From Chrysomallon squamiferum (taxonomy: Eukaryota; Animalia; Mollusca), in NCBI GenBank assembly GCA_012295275.1, contig CM022677.1:15004001-15068000 (forward strand): 64,000 nucleotides of DNA, in the 5' to 3' direction. Positions within the stretch are counted from its first letter, which is position 1; every line of letters starts with the position of its first letter. The notes beneath the pieces were generated by a model, which saw nothing but the letters and a program-made list of their open reading frames with translations, made no database searches and had not been told where the DNA came from. Position numbers and translations under genes: made by a program. This document shows positions 26,006-39,593 of this stretch, piece after piece.

Positions 26006-27788
26006 TTGATCTCTTCAAGTTCTGTTTGATATTGTTTGTGTGATTGTTTAATGTTCCCAACATGAGTAACCATTACCTCCATTGTACAATTGAGTCTCAT
26101 CTCCTACAAAAACACACACACTTATATTTGTACTGATTTTACTTGTAGAATTCTCTGGTTATTAATTATTGCTCCTTTTATAAATAAATAAAAATAAATA
26201 AATAAAATAAAGTAAAAAAGTTAGAGTAAAGTAAAAAGAATCTTAAAATCAGACTGCCATTTCATGGCAGGTGTCTTTATAACTGAACAAATAATTAGTC
26301 CTTAGTGATTCTATGGATTCTTTCAATAAATGAGATATTACATGGCAGACAAAGCATCAGTATACAATAATTGCTAATCATTTTCATGATTTTACAAAAA
26401 CAAATATATTGCATTTTTATGTATGTTGCTTAATTCAGTGTAAGAAAACTATTTTGCAAAAGACTGAAGAAATATTTAAAACTGAAATAAAATGGAAAGG
26501 TTTGCAATGAATAATGTAATTAAATACCTGCTGGACAGCACCAAATACTTCAACTCTACTGGAGACTCGAGCTACTCTTTGTTCCAGTATATCAATCTGA
26601 GTTTGTATTTATCAACAATTTCTTGAATATTTTTGTCCCTAACAAGCTGATTTAACTTCTGAAAATAAACAGTTTAAATCCACAGTTTAGTATATTAGTT
26701 TCTTCAGTTCCTATAAATACATGAAGAAAGATCTGAATGTCTTTCAGTAAATACTAACATTTCCTTGTTATAAAACAGTTCAATAAATTAAAACAGCATG
26801 AATCAATATAATTATAGTAAACTAAAAATTGAAACATAATCTTTTTTAAATCTTTTGTTTTGTATTCTAATGATGCAGTTATCAATTCAAATTATTTACT
26901 GAAAAATAATCTAAAGAGATAAAAAACACGTCTAAAATAAAGATGAATTTGATACACATAATTACGAATTTTTCATTCAGAAACACCTTCAACAAAATTA
27001 ACATAAATCTGTTTTTCTTTATGAACTGATTTCACACATACCTCAACATTATTCCTTAAGCCATGTAGTTCTTAGTCCAAGTTCTTTTCAGCAATGTCCC
27101 ACGATCTTTCTTGACTCTCTTTTCTCTGCTCTTGAGTTAATTTGTCCATCTTGAAGGTCAGGAACTTAGTGTAGTTAAAATACCAAAAATAAACTGTAAT
27201 ATATAAATTCAATCAAATGCTAATGTAAGAACAATCAAGTCACATTACACTGAAAATAATAAAGTATGTTAATAAAATAATAAGCAGACATTTCATTAGT
27301 TGGACATCATTTTGTAACTAGGAAACATAAATTCCCTGATAGTCTGAGCAAGAGATACATATTCTGTGTGTACATGAGTGAGTGTGCGTGTGTGTTTGTT
27401 TGATTTATAACATTTCTATCTATAATGTGGCTTTTTAAATAGGAAAACTATCTCTTTTCATAAGCTTGTTATTTCATTTTCAGACTAAACTGAGTGAAGA
27501 TTGTCTAGTGTAATAAGTTAAAGATAAATGTGTAAGAAGAAAAAGTATTACTACATTTAATAAAAACTAAAAGCATCCACCATCTCCAAAACAAAGAACC
27601 TACACTAACTGAATAAATAATCATTTTTCACATATGTATTGTTTATCACACTGAAAGATCTCAATGGCAAAAATTGTTTATATCATTAATCTAAAATAAC
27701 AAGTAAATCACATCTTTAAGAAAAATTCTAATTAAAAGCAGAATAGAAATTTACTCACTTTGATTTCTTCATCTGATAAGTTGGTGAA
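26006..27788 (-). pseudogene. IRAG/LRMP (MRVI1/Jaw1 family) coiled-coil exons, pseudogenised
   Basis: Exons 27759-27788 (FTNLSDEEIK), ~27042-27165 (LTFKMDKLTQEQRKESQERSWDIAEKNLD*EL), 26528-26658 (IDILEQRVARVSSRVEVFGAVQQ, frameshift), 26006-26103 (EMRLNCTMEVMVTHVGNIKQ...ELEEIK); resembles the MRVI1 motif [34 protein letters not shown] as recalled. Confidence 0.8.
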
Positions 27789-28322
27789 CTGAAATAAAAA
27801 TATACAGCTGAGACAGTTGTCCTAAATCATTGTCAAAAATTCCACAATAAGGACTAATGATTATTTTTAAGAACTGTTAGTGAATCACAACAATTTGACA
27901 GAACTTGAACTAAAAAATAATTTACAGTGACACATGATAACTATATCATAATAGATACCAATGCTTTTCAGTTCTAATGACAAAATGTTAATGTCATTCT
28001 GCACTAGGTATGTGAATTCAGTCATTATGATTACATGCTGCATTGGAACACTTAGAACTGATTCTATACATCTAATTTTAGATTTGATTAAAAATATAAG
28101 TTAATAATCTGGCTACAGCATTAAATTTATCCACAATAATAATCTTTTAATCCCAAAAGATAACGAGAATTCTAATTAATTAATAATAATAAATTGCTAA
28201 TGTTTTGAATGAGATGATATAATTAATTCATAAAAAATATATATATATATCAGATTTGAATCCTGAACGAAATAATTCAGACAATCGTATGATACTGCAA
28301 CACTGACAAGGAAACTAATCAC

Positions 28323-30345
28323 CTCTATGTCATCTCATATATAAAGTTTTCACTGGTAGGAAACAGTTGTAAGGATTTACACCTGCTTCTTCCTTATCAG
28401 TGGCAGTTTATAACATAATTACCACCAACTTGATGTCTGTGCATTTGGAAGGTACATTTTTCAGGAATATCGTGGAATTTTTATAAAACAGAATCAGGAA
28501 ATGAAGTACTGGTTTTTACATGTTTGTTTTATTTTAATTATTATTTTTCTTATTGTTGTGGTGGTGGTGGTTGTTGCTGTTGCTATTATTACTATTCATG
28601 TTGTTGTTACATATTTATAAATAATTATTTAAAATTCTATTTTTCTTCATTAAAAAAAATCAAAAAATAAATTTAATATCCCTTCATTTCCCTGCAAAAA
28701 TATAAATTAAGAACATTTAAAGATATCAAACAAACTACATAAGTATACAATCTACTGATGTGTCTATTGTCTGACTTATCTGAAAGGTCTTCCAAGGTAG
28801 TTAGGAAAATCCTCTGAAATGCTGGACATCACAACATCCAAAGTTTGTGCTGGTGGTATGATAGCTATATTTAAACAACTATCTTGTTTCATGTGCAAGT
28901 CACTGTTTTCTACTATTTAGCCAGATTTGTCTAAATAAACAAATATAAAACAAAAGTATTAAAAATCTGGTATAATTTTCTTATGTGATTAATTAATTTA
29001 TCATAAATATAATTTTCTGCTATACACTGAAACAAACATAATACTTCTTCACAGCCATCTGGACTTATATACTATTAGTTAGAATCATCCAGACTATAAC
29101 AAAAAAATACCTCTACACCTCTACACCATTACTATCTGATCTACTTAGTAAAAATAGGATGATCCTGTAACCAGACCAAAGAATGTAAACAAACATACCG
29201 TAATTACATTATTTATGTTTACTTTTCAAATAGTAAATGTCAAGCTTTAATTTCTCAGTCATAAGTAGGACTATTTTAATAATGATTTTTTCTTTCACTA
29301 TATTGGGAAAATGGTATAACAAATGAGATAGAAATATATCAAAGAATTTTCTCAATCTGACGCTTATCAACTTAATATTATATTTACTGGCTCAACAACT
29401 CTATTTTTTCTTATCACAGACTAGAAATGTATGCTTATTTTGCATAATAAAATCTTTTGTGAGAACAAATTCATATATATAGTTGACCAGATTCATATTT
29501 CAGCTTATAAAGGAAAACATGTATTGATCATTAACCTTTGACGTAAAATTTAAAAATATTCTTCAGAAACTCATCATTTTTTTAACATCCCAGTCATCCA
29601 AACAGAACTTTGGTATGATTTGGCGACTGGCCATTACAAGCCCTGCATTGATATGTACATATGTACTTAAACACATTACTATTATTACCATTATTTATTA
29701 TTATAAAACATATCCAGACTACTTACTTCAGAACATGTAGTAGTAGTAATAATAATAAGATAAAAAAGGGGGAAGTAAAATAAAACAAAACAAAATGTAA
29801 ATAAATAAATTACAATTAACAATTAGTAAATTTTAAGCTATGGTCTGTCTTCTATCTATCTGTCTTCTTTCTGATTATTCCATTTTTACTATCTGTCTAA
29901 CTATAATATTATGATTACTTATTAAGCCGACTGTTTCTCATGCAGTCTGTATAATCTACATCTATGTATCAATCCATCATCTATCTTTCATCTGTCAGTG
30001 TCTATAGACATTTAAAACATTTTTTATTGAAGTTAAAATAAACAATCTTTATCACTTAACCTGTTCTATAATTCTAAATATACAGTGAGCTTCTCTTTAA
30101 AGTAAATATTTTGAAATCATCTCTCAGATTCAGTTATCTGGTATACCTTTACCTTCACCCGATTTTCTCTAATAAATTTATTTAAAAAGGGCACTTACCT
30201 GGAAACCCATCCATATTTCTTCCTATCTACTGCGCTTCTTGTTTACAATAAAAGTTGACATAATCTTTACACCTCTTCTTTTCAATATCAGTCTGTGATG
30301 TAGATAATAGCACATCTCCTTAATTTCAGGAGTTCTCACTTCTTC
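28323..30345 (-). pseudogene. Decayed exons of an unidentified gene
   Basis: Splice-site-bounded, less AT-rich blocks at ~30199-30345, 29575-29642, 29042-29093, 28780-28930 and 28323-28436; best frames contain stops. Confidence 0.4.
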
Positions 30346-30770
30346 CTATTTAATAGAAAAAAAACAAAAAAAAAATACATTAATCTTCACTTTTCACTAT
30401 GGACTGTGCTTTTTATAAAGTTAAAATTGAGATTTAATGTGCTGCTTTATCAGCTTTCCCAAAACTTAAATAAGGAAAAAGTAATAACACATTAAAACAA
30501 TTATTTTTTTTTTTTGTAAGTTTCACATTAATTATGGACTGTGAAGAATGTATATTTTACTCAGTTTACTTTTTCACTGTTGATTATAAAATTATTATAC
30601 TCTTATACCACCATAAAATTTCAAAAATAAGTTTTTATTGTTATTGTGAATGAAACTGGTTTGGAAAATCAATATTTATATATCTTCCATTGTTAATAAT
30701 GAAACATGCATAGATTGTTCAATATTAATTTTCATATTGCATTCTTATTTATTTATTTTAAATTTTCTGA

Positions 30771-30833
<63 letters not shown>

Positions 30834-32637
30834 AATAAAAGCTAAAAAAAAAGTTTGTTTGGGTCAAATTTCTGTTGTTTTAGAAAATGAGAACTGATAT
30901 AAACATACAATCTTAGAGGTACTTAGTTCCGAATCGTGAGCGTTCCCAATCGTTTGTCTTTATTTTATTATTTTATTATTTTTTTATTATTATTATTATT
31001 ATTATTTATTTATTTTTTTTGTAGTATGCCTACCTTGATGTCATTAACATTATTAATAAGTGAATATTTCTTATCAGCGAACTCAAAATGATCTGTTATC
31101 GTTCAATGCTAAACGAAGATAAAAATGTGAATATCGAGAACGCTTCCATACTAATGTGACATTTTATTAACAGAACTTGTTTCACAGAACAGCTAAGTAG
31201 GAGTAATTTTACACGGCGTTAGGAAAATAATTTACGTTACATGTTTTATGTTGTAAACAGAGGCGTAGCTGTAATATTATGTATTGAAAACACAGTATTG
31301 AAAAATAGAGATATTGTTTTTTAATTAACAATATTAGATAATTTTATTTTGCATAATAAATAAATAAATAATAAGCTTAATGTTTCATTAACAGGTATAA
31401 CGTATCTAACAAGTTGAATAATGAATCAACGTTTAATAATGCGGAAACCTTTATCTCAATAATCTTAGACTTGAAGAGCTCATAAAAAGTTGTTGTCTGA
31501 GAATGAGATTTATCTTTCCGCATTATTCTCGTTTTTTTTTTATTAAGATAGTAGAATTACAGATGAGAGGTGAGAGGCTAGATTAAGATGAATTAATTTC
31601 ACCATGTTATTGATATTTGAAAGTGCATCTTTCTTAAAAGTCTAGAACATAGAGAAACATTAATAGACGTTTTTATTATTAAAAGTAAAGTGAAAAGGCG
31701 AGGATGCGCGAGATGAATCTTGTTTATTATAACACAAGTTCTGTAAATATACTGCGCTATTACAGATTAATTCTTAATTAACTGTAGAAAGTGATAATCT
31801 ATTATCTCCCCTAAAAATTAATTACATTATTAGACAATTAATATTCAACTAGGAATAATCTAGAGAGCTATATATAAATGTAAAACATTATGGTTCTTTC
31901 GCTGAATTTAAATGTATTAGTATAAACAGGTCTGGTTGAAGCAAATATACTGTAAATATTGTGGTTCAGTTCCATTATATGTGGCAAACAGCTCTCACCA
32001 TAATAAAATATAATGTTATTTTTGGGGTCAAAACTTACTAATAAAAAAATTATTAAAATGATTCTGATAAAAGAATGGTGAAAACTGAGTTACTCTTTAT
32101 TTAAACAGGAACATCTTTTTGTTTTTTACTGCAAAACAAAGGACATTTCAATTGCAGTTTACAGGGACAAACTTAGTATTCTATGAGATAAAACACAAAA
32201 TAATTAACTTAATATTAATATTAATCTCGAAGATCCTTCAGTATTTTCAGAATACAGTGAACCTCTCCCAATGTTTTTTGCGGTGTTTATACATTGTTTT
32301 TACTGAAGTTTTAGTTACAGGTGCATCTGTACTTATCACTGTAATCTGAGCGGTAGATAGGTAGGTGGATAGATAGATAGATAGACAGACAGACAGATAG
32401 ATAGAGAGTGAGACAGAGAGAAATATAGAGAGATAAATCCATACAGACAAATAGAAAAACCCAAAACTGAACTGAATAATTAAAATGACCAATAAAAGAA
32501 AAGATGTGAAAAGCGAGGTTAATGTGATATTATATAATAATACATGTACAAACATTTTCTTACAAGTTCATTTACCTATGAAATGTAAAATGTCTATCTC
32601 TATATGCATCCCTAGCTATCTGTGTGTGTGTGTGTGA

Positions 32638-32677
<40 letters not shown>

Positions 32678-33749
32678 CTTTTATCTTTGTATCTATTTAT
32701 CTGTTGATAATTGTTTCTTTCTTTATAATGAGGACAGTACTACTATCTGACATAACGACATTAACGATAAAAACAACAACAATAATTGCAGTAAACAGTT
32801 ATATTAAAGAAACTGTAAGCTTATCCTTTTATTTCATAGGAGAATCACAAAAGACATTTTATTACATTATAAACTAAAATGATCATTAAAATAATTACTG
32901 TAGATTAAAATGATGATATTTACTCATGGACAATACCTGAATTTGGAGAAATATACAGCGTACTGTTACTCAGTAAATTTTTGAATTATCAAACATAGAC
33001 GAAACGTTTAATGTGATATTCCGTTATATCCACGTCATATTAATTACACGAGAATCTCTTGTTTATGGAACCGCAATGTATAATCACAAATACAAAAACG
33101 ACTTCGATATTAATATTAATGAATAAATTATGTTATTAATGAAAACTGAAGTATGCACTGCGCTCATGTTAATAGGGGCTTACAGTCTCAACTACAAACT
33201 ATTCTGATAACGAGAATAAATGATAAAAACGTTTTCTTCTTTTTTATTTTAACATTGATGATCTTGAGATATCCCGTTTATTTTATAACACAAACACTTT
33301 TTATACGAATGACTTAGGACTGTGCAAAAATAACATATTTTTATTTAAGAATACTGCTATTTACACTATAATTTTTTGTAAGACGCAATTTAATTCCGAA
33401 TTTATGTAGTTTACGTGGGAAATTAATGTTATATTTTGTTATGTACATCACAGAATATAGCGATACTAATTTTTTATATTTTAGGAAAAGCCCAGAATCT
33501 TCGTTATATTATGGAATGTCCTTCCTGATTTCATTTCTTTTTCTATACTGTTACTAATAAAATAAAAGTTATCAGCATAAACTCTAATTATCAATATAAT
33601 TTCTTATTTATATCAACCTAATCCAGCATCTTTTCACTTTTATTCTTGTTATTTTAATAAGACAATGGACGTTAGTCTGGAAACAGCTGAATTTTTAAAA
33701 ATATTCGGTTAATATTACTGCTTCACCTTTTATTGTAATTTACAGCGTA

Positions 33750-35875
33750 GTATTAGATCTGCGTAACTGTATTATCGAAGAAATCCTAAATATCTAAATA
33801 TCTAAAACATCATGTAAACTACAAAACTCTTTTTCCATTATGCCGTGTAAAAATCATCACTATAATAGTATTCTTAACAAAATGTTCGTTTATTACATAT
33901 CAATCACACTGTATTCATAAAAACATAATTTGTAGAGAACTCAATAAAATACCACGTTAATATATTTGTCATTATGTATTTGTCATCTGACCCTGGACGT
34001 AGAAAAAACGTGTACAAATGGTGTGAAAATGAATTCTACGTCGCGGGATATCTTGTTAATATATCTTCACTGTATCTTTGCGACGCAGAAAAACTTGTAT
34101 AAATGGTGCTAGAATGAATTCTACGTCGCAGGATTTGTTGTTAATATATCTGTATCTTTGACACGTGTATCTTTGGGTTAATATACGACACTCTATCTTT
34201 GGGACGTAGACAAAATTGTGTACTAATTAGGATCTATCTACGTCTCGGTACTCATTAAATTCCCTTTTACCTGGTTGACATTGTATGCAGTCAAAAGATA
34301 ACAACGAACTACTTCTGTACTACAGTGCATTTGTAAGCAGTAACAGTTCGCAGTTGAAATACAAAAGTTCTCGAGGTGGTCGGATGACTCTTCTGGGCGA
34401 TTTGATTGAGTTCATGGTGCCATCCTTCCAAGTGGTTATTTGTTCGGAGACTGTCATTGCCAAAGTGTTTCTACATTTCTGGAGTCCACGTCCCTTTCAT
34501 CCAGGTGTTAGTGACGTAGTCCATCAGCAATGTTACCTTTTCATTCTGGGGACTGTAGGCAACTGTGTCAAAACATCCTCAACTTTGTTCAGCGAGACCA
34601 TCGGAAGGGCTGAAGCACAACTTTTGTACATCACTGTTTTCGATATATTCTGAAGCCAATCCTATTTTTGCGAACGACGCCAAATACTCTGAGTGTACTG
34701 GGAACTAAAAACGACTGAGTCGTGTGGTGAGGAATACAGCGCGTGCAGCGTTGTGAGCAGATCTCTCAGTGTCATCTGACGTCCTAGGAGCGGAATTAAA
34801 TCCTACTCATGGCAGTTTTCTTGGATGTACTGGAATGTCACGGCCGCGTGGTTGTTGCTGCATCTGTTCTGCCGTCTGCAACATGTTGTCCACATACACG
34901 ACGTAGGTTCTGCACTGCGAGTTAACAACACATTTCCAGTCTGTTCTCTACCCATTCTTTTTATACACGCGAAATGTATGCTCGTTATAATACAAATCCC
35001 TGCTGCCTCGTATTGTGTCAATATAAATCACTCGAACCTGTTCAGCTGCCAAGAGTTTCCCATTTCGATGCAAAACTTTATACAGGAAAAAACTACAATG
35101 CGCAACAGCCTACAATGAAACACATATAAACAGCCTGCTCACTTTGAAAACATATAAAAATAAAAGATAACAAAAAACACACATAAACACACACACACAC
35201 ATCCACACACACACACACACGCACGCACACACACACAGAGAAGCGTATTTTCAACTGCTATCCCGAACAGTAATTTCGTTGGTAAAGAAAACACAACTCG
35301 CTCTACCGTAACAAATGGAAATGGAATAATTTAACATGCTAATCAGCATGATAGTTCGTTCTTACCTTTTAACTGCACACAATGTCAACCAGATTCTAAT
35401 TAGTTAAATATAACAAAAAAATATCCGGGCTTTTATAAGAAAGAAAAGGAACTCGCGTTATTTGACAACGTGTTGAACCTTGCCGCTAGACGTCTGTCGC
35501 CAGATCATTCTGCAAAACAAGAATCCTCTAGTGATAATTAATTCCGCAGTTCCCAGGCTTAAGATACAAAAGACACAGCAAGGGACATTTACAAATGGAA
35601 GATTCTTCTATCACACTGAAACAAAAATGTGTTCAAAGTTTTTTGAAGAGATGTTTATTGCATTCGTAACAGTTCATTGAAATTTATCTTAAAACTGCAT
35701 TAATAATGAATAACGAGACAACAACAGAAATAGAAAAAATAATATTTATTTTAAAAAAAAGTGTATATTCAAAATTTGGTAGTAAAACTCAGCTGCCTGA
35801 AATAAATATAATCTTTCAATTAACAAGAAAAATTACTAAAATAGATAGTCATAGAATTTTATGGTAGTTTGAAAG

Positions 35876-35952
<77 letters not shown>

Positions 35953-36903
35953 ATATGAACAAGTGAAACAGAAATATAAGTGATATGTTGAAAATCTAAA
36001 ATGTGCTTAGACCATATTTTTACAATAATAATATCAGCTCAAAATATTTATTGTTAGCAAAGATAATAAGAAAAAAAAAATACAGTATCTCCTTAGAAAA
36101 TAATATTTAAGTTATTCTGTTTTTAAATTAATAATTCAATAAATAATTAAATAAATACATCTACATTGTTTAACCAGTCAGATGGTTAAACTAATTCGGG
36201 AGCACCTGACGTCGTGTTCAAAATATTAAAATGTGAATCTTTGTTTGAATTAGGTCAATAAAATTGATTATTTGCAATAAAAAGGAAAGAAGAGAAAAGA
36301 AATCGCTCATAACTGATCCTGCTGAGGCAAACTTTTTGTGGAACATTTGAATCGGTTTCATTTTTTTATTTTTTTTTGTTGTTTGTGGTTGTCAGTTTTG
36401 TGACGTCAATTAAGCGCTGTGAAGACAGTGTTACTGGCGTTCCTACACAAAGTAGCTGGAAGTTTCGTAAACAAACTGAAGGGAGCTCGTGTTCTTAAAA
36501 TCTTTTAAAATCACTTTATCTGCTGAAACTGATAATTTAATAAGGTAAGAGTTTCTTCACCATGTATGTGATACAGGATCCTTGTTTCCCTCTACCTGGA
36601 GTATCTGCTATTTTCATAAAGGTTTTGAGAATCGATCGCAAAAAGAGCGTCCGAATATTTTGAGCTACAGTATATATCAGTAGATTGTCTAATGTGATCC
36701 ATCTGCTACAATAGATGTTGATCATATAATTTGTTTATAATGATGTGTGTATTAAACACTAAACTCTTGGTTTTGTTAATAAACTATATTTATATATAAA
36801 TATTTTAAATTATATTGAAAATAATATTATAAAAGTGTTTGGTTTTGTGCCCATACTTTTTTTTTTTTTTTTTTTACTAATCTTTGTTTTCCTTACGTCA
36901 AAA

Positions 36904-36979
<76 letters not shown>

Positions 36980-37254
36980 ATATACATTTACCTAATGTTA
37001 AAAATAAAAATATAAATACATCAGAATCATTGATTATGCAAGTTCAACTGTATACAAACCTCTGAATTAGTAATTATTCTGTTTCATACTGTTCATTCTG
37101 TTTAGTGCCTTAAATCAAACATTATTTCATTTACCTAGTATTTCCTACAGGACTTTATTTAATTTAATTCTTAACCGTGGAGTCACTATTTCCATGACAG
37201 ACATTGGTTTTATTTTTTTATCTATTAAACCTGTAAGCTTTAAGAGTATATTTT

Positions 37255-37304
<50 letters not shown>

Positions 37305-38003
37305 ATATAGACAACATTCCACTATTCTGAGAGTCTGATTAGAATAATACATCAATATAATCTATGATATAAACCGCAGGACTATCTGCAAGAACAAATA
37401 AAAAATAATCTTGCTCTGTTTTATTTCTCTTGTTTTTTTTTTTTTTTTTTTTTTTCTATTTATTTATTTATTTATTTTTTTAATTTTATTATTATTATTA
37501 TTTTTTTTTTTGCGCCAATATTTGTAATCAGAGTATTTTTTTTAAAAATTTCTTAAAGATATTATGTTGCTTTTTATGTTCACTAGCGTTGTCTATATAT
37601 TTTGCTTGAGAAATATTTATTAGTTTAGTAGGGTATAGTAATTGTATACTTTTTACTATTTATCACGTGAAACTGGGTACAGAGGACACTTGTCTAAACC
37701 AGACGTATGTATATGTAAAAACAAAACAAATATATAATATATCGAGTTACCGAAAATAGCACAATGTACCAAAACCAAGTTTTATTTAGTGCTGGAAAAG
37801 TTTTTTTTTTTTTTTTTTTTTACTTTATAAATATTTTGCATAATTCTCTATCAAGATTATATATATTTACATATGTAACAGTGATTTAGAAAAATCATTA
37901 TAATCCTCCATAATGTATAATAATTGTTTAATGTTATATAATTGTTTAATAATAAAAAAAATTATAATTATTTGAAAGAGATTATAATTTTAGTTTAGAA
38001 TAT
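33750..38003. repeat. Segmental duplicate copy B, left part (= 19726-23897)
   Basis: Near-identical sequence. Confidence 0.95.
34365..35075 (-). mobile_element. FLYWCH-MULE transposase relic (paralog of 20390-21095)
   Basis: Same motifs and shared lesions. Confidence 0.85.
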
Positions 38004-39456
38004 AGTTAATTTTTCTGTATGGCTATAAAATGTATGTTTTATAAAGAATTATTTTTAATATGCTTTTTCTTTCAGTTGTTGGTGTGTGAGTTCATGTGTG
38101 TGTGTGTGTGTTTGTGTTTGTTTGCAGGAGTTTATGTGAGGTGATACAGTTATGGATATTATAAACAGAAACTTGTTTAAATACTAAAAAAAGAAATGAA
38201 ACTTTTGTACACAAAATATTTTTATCTTATAGTATATATATATATATTTTATATAGTTTTTATTGCTAATCCATGATGTGTACTGATTACTATTGGTTTT
38301 TGTTGTTTAATGTAGCAGGTATATAAAATATAAATTTATATTTTTAGACAGAAAATATGCCAGAGCTTTACAAACTTTTATTTTATTTTGTTTAGTTATA
38401 TGATAATGTGTGACACATATATAATTTTGTTTTCTTAAAATAGCCTCATTTTTGATATTTTTATTTTATTAAGAAATAAAATTAACTTCTTCACAGATTT
38501 TTTTTTTGTTTGTACCATATATGGTCTTTTTTTTATGACGGGGAGTGAAGAGTTGTACCAACCCCAAAACAATAAAATAATAAAAACAGAAAAATAATTA
38601 AACTTCCACTTACGGAAAAGAGAGCCTGTTTGTAATTTGAATTGCAAACCATCCAGAAATAATTTTGTATTTCCTTTCTTACGATTAGTTTATGCTATAA
38701 TTTATATGTTTATTCTTTCAGTTAGGTTTTGATTCACTTTGTAATTAACAGTGAATTCAGACTTGTCAAATGTTAAATTGTTATAAAGAAAAAGCAAAAT
38801 CAGTAGTAGATATTGGCAAATTGTGGAATTAAGGAGAAGAAAAAAATGCACTTTTGATAGCTTGTTTACCTTCTTAAGTAAATATTGTTAAAATTGATAA
38901 AAATTAAGCACTTGGTACAAATGGGGCATAATTTGAGAGAAAATGAATGTGTGTGTGTGTGTGTGTGTGTGTGTCTGAATGTACATGTATGAGTTAGTCT
39001 GTGTTTGCATATTGTGTATGTATCATGTGTGAAGATAAGTTATTGCTGCTGTCTGTCTATGTGAATGAGTACGTGACAAGTTTAAAACATGACTGTGTGT
39101 ATGTTTTTAAGTTTGCATATTACAATAATAGTACATATGGGATTGTGTATTTTATGACTATATGTATGAAAGTGGGGTATGTGTATGTTTTTGTTCAAGC
39201 GCCTGTGTTTGTATATTTATGTATATAATCTGTCGGTGAGACTGTTTATGTGTGTAGCCTATCCAGTATATATGCGAGTGTGCGTGTGTGCATGTGTGTG
39301 TGTGTGTGTGTTTGTTGTGTCTGTAATATTATGTATGTATGTATATATGATTATGCTAAAGGATTTAATTATAAAATTTAGTTTATAAAACTAAATATAA
39401 CCAAGGTTAACAGCTGACATTAAATTACGATTTTTCAGAGAAGTGCTTTGAACGAC

Positions 39457-39512
39457 TGAGTCATAACGCTGACTGGAGACAGATTAGTACAGTGACGTCA
39501 CACGTGTATAAA
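39457..39512 (+). promoter_or_regulatory. Candidate promoter: AP-1 (TGAGTCA 39457-39463), CRE (TGACGTCA 39493-39500), E-box (CACGTG 39501-39506), TATAAA (39507-39512)
   Basis: Four consensus sites, three of them contiguous, ~80 bp upstream of ATG 39594. Confidence 0.65.
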
Positions 39513-39593
39513 CCAGCTGAGCTACAGCAGCCGGGCCCTGTTGTGTCTTCTTATCTAAGAATGATATGTAACTAGTTTTGAAACTTTGGAAAA

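Noticed and set aside
27759-28930. SAMD9-like similarity (PFR...PVK...FTN)
   Set aside because: Weak, needs frameshifts; downstream exons fit the IRAG/LRMP family instead
30400-33740. AT-rich unique stretch
   Set aside because: No coding, repeat or structural signal I could support
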